Assembly: GCA_963695675.1 (NCBI GenBank)
Contig: CAVOGY010000002.1
Location: 159,491 to 223,490 of the forward strand
From: an uncultured Solirubrobacterales bacterium
Lineage (GTDB): Bacteria; Actinomycetota; Thermoleophilia; Solirubrobacterales; 70-9
Reading direction: 5' to 3'
Length of the DNA stretch: 64,000 bases
The position numbers and the translations under genes were made by a program. Below are positions 63,367 through 64,000 of the stretch, one piece after another (within the stretch, counting starts at the first letter, position 1; every line of letters begins with the position of its first letter). The notes below the pieces were generated by a model. It worked only from the letters and a program-made list of their open reading frames with translations. It did no database searches and had not been told where the DNA came from.

Positions 63367-64000
63367 TCAAGAGTCGAGGAATTCAAGAACCGCGCGGCAC
63401 CAGGCCGCGCGGTTTTCCTGCTCCAGAAAGGTGAAGTGGTCGGCTCCCGAGAGGACCACGAGCGTCGGTCTGGGTAGGCGATCCACCGTCTCGGGAGCCG
63501 CGGCGGCGAACGGGTCGAGCTCGGCCGCGAGCACGAGTGTCGGGGCGTCGATCCTCTCGAGCAGTGCCCGCTGGTCCATCGACCCAGCGACCCGCTCGTT
63601 GAAGTGGCGGAGGGCGTCGGCGTTGTTGCCGGCCCGCCGCAGCCCTTCGCCGATCGGCGTGTAGTCCACCTCCGGGGCGACCTGCAGCCGCCAGTCTCGG
63701 ACGAACAGATCCGCCAGCTCTTCGTCGCTCGCGTAGTACCCCTGCTGATGAGCCTCCAGGGCCTCGAGGGCGTCCTCGAAATACGGCTTGCCGCGATGCG
63801 ACTCGATGCGCAGGGCCCTCGCTTGCCGGATCTCATCGGTGAAGCGCGGCGTCGTGTTTGCGAGCACCAGGCGCCTCACACGGTCGGGGTTGTTGCCGGC
63901 CCAGGCGATCGCCACGAATCCGCCGTGCGAATGGCCGACGAGGTCGAGGCGATCGATGCCGAGGTGCGACCGGATGGCATCGATGTCGGCCGCGTAGTCC
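63367..64000 (-). CDS. alpha/beta-fold hydrolase, 5' end beyond the window
   Basis: The reading frame is open to the window edge. The nucleophile elbow GHSHGG is encoded at about 63925-63945, and the C-terminal part matches the track ORF 63367-63915. Confidence 0.75.
   Translation of the reverse strand, partial: DYAADIDAIRSHLGIDRLDLVGHSHGGFVAIAWAGNNPDRVRRLVLANTTPRFTDEIRQARALRIESHRGKPYFEDALEALEAHQQGYYASDEELADLFVRDWRLQVAPEVDYTPIGEGLRRAGNNADALRHFNERVAGSMDQRALLERIDAPTLVLAAELDPFAAAAPETVDRLPRPTLVVLSGADHFTFLEQENRAAWCRAVLEFLDS

Noticed and set aside
1-64000. Mobile-element genes (transposase, integrase, recombinase), phage genes, toxin-antitoxin pairs or known defence systems
   Set aside because: No ORF in any frame shows DDE, tyrosine- or serine-recombinase, terminase or capsid features, or other motifs typical of those classes that I can recognise. 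The only mobility hints are the tRNA fragment and the repeated intergenic module.

Overview
Very GC-rich bacterial DNA, with G/C at most third codon positions. GTG starts and ATGA/GTGA start-stop overlaps are common. By inference it is Actinomycetota-like; no database search was run. I see no rRNA, intact tRNA, CRISPR array, transposase or integrase.

The window has three parts:

1. **1-9.8 kb, accessory-looking patchwork.** It holds an HU fragment, cspA, two secreted proteins with RTX-like GGxGxD repeats (one an S1 protease) and several NTF2/SnoaL-like genes and gene fragments. It also holds a recurring intergenic module (hairpin + GATACT + ATGTCGGAGGAGAAC) and a lone tRNA 3'-end fragment.
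2. **9.8-20.6 kb, miscellaneous genes.** These are an alkyl-sulfatase-like MBL protein, a frameshifted Na+/H+ antiporter and a PucR/GAF regulator divergent from an ammonium transporter. An R2lox-type di-iron protein operon follows.
3. **20.6-49.1 kb, a dense C1/amine-catabolism island.** It contains ferredoxin, a class-V aminotransferase, LysR, phosphoribulokinase and a malyl-CoA-lyase-like gene.
   - It has two paralogous modules, each a glutamine-synthetase-like gene plus a three-gene split glutamate-synthase-like set.
   - Between them lies a minus-strand operon: heterotetrameric sarcosine-oxidase-like genes (soxDAGB), fhs, an fch-like gene and GntR.
   - A frameshifted NAD-formate dehydrogenase follows.

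Module 2 plus the sox-like genes matches the known N-methylglutamate route for methylamine. Module 1 (25.4-33.2 kb) instead carries two tandem DAO-family flavoproteins and an orphan 147-aa acidic protein. Its glutamate-synthase-like subunit also keeps an Fe-S-type Cys motif. Module 1 is my main candidate for an undescribed system.

The last 15 kb is housekeeping: a 5'-3' exonuclease, cyclophilin, zwf-gnd-pgl, and ArsR with AHSA1 and DUF899 genes.
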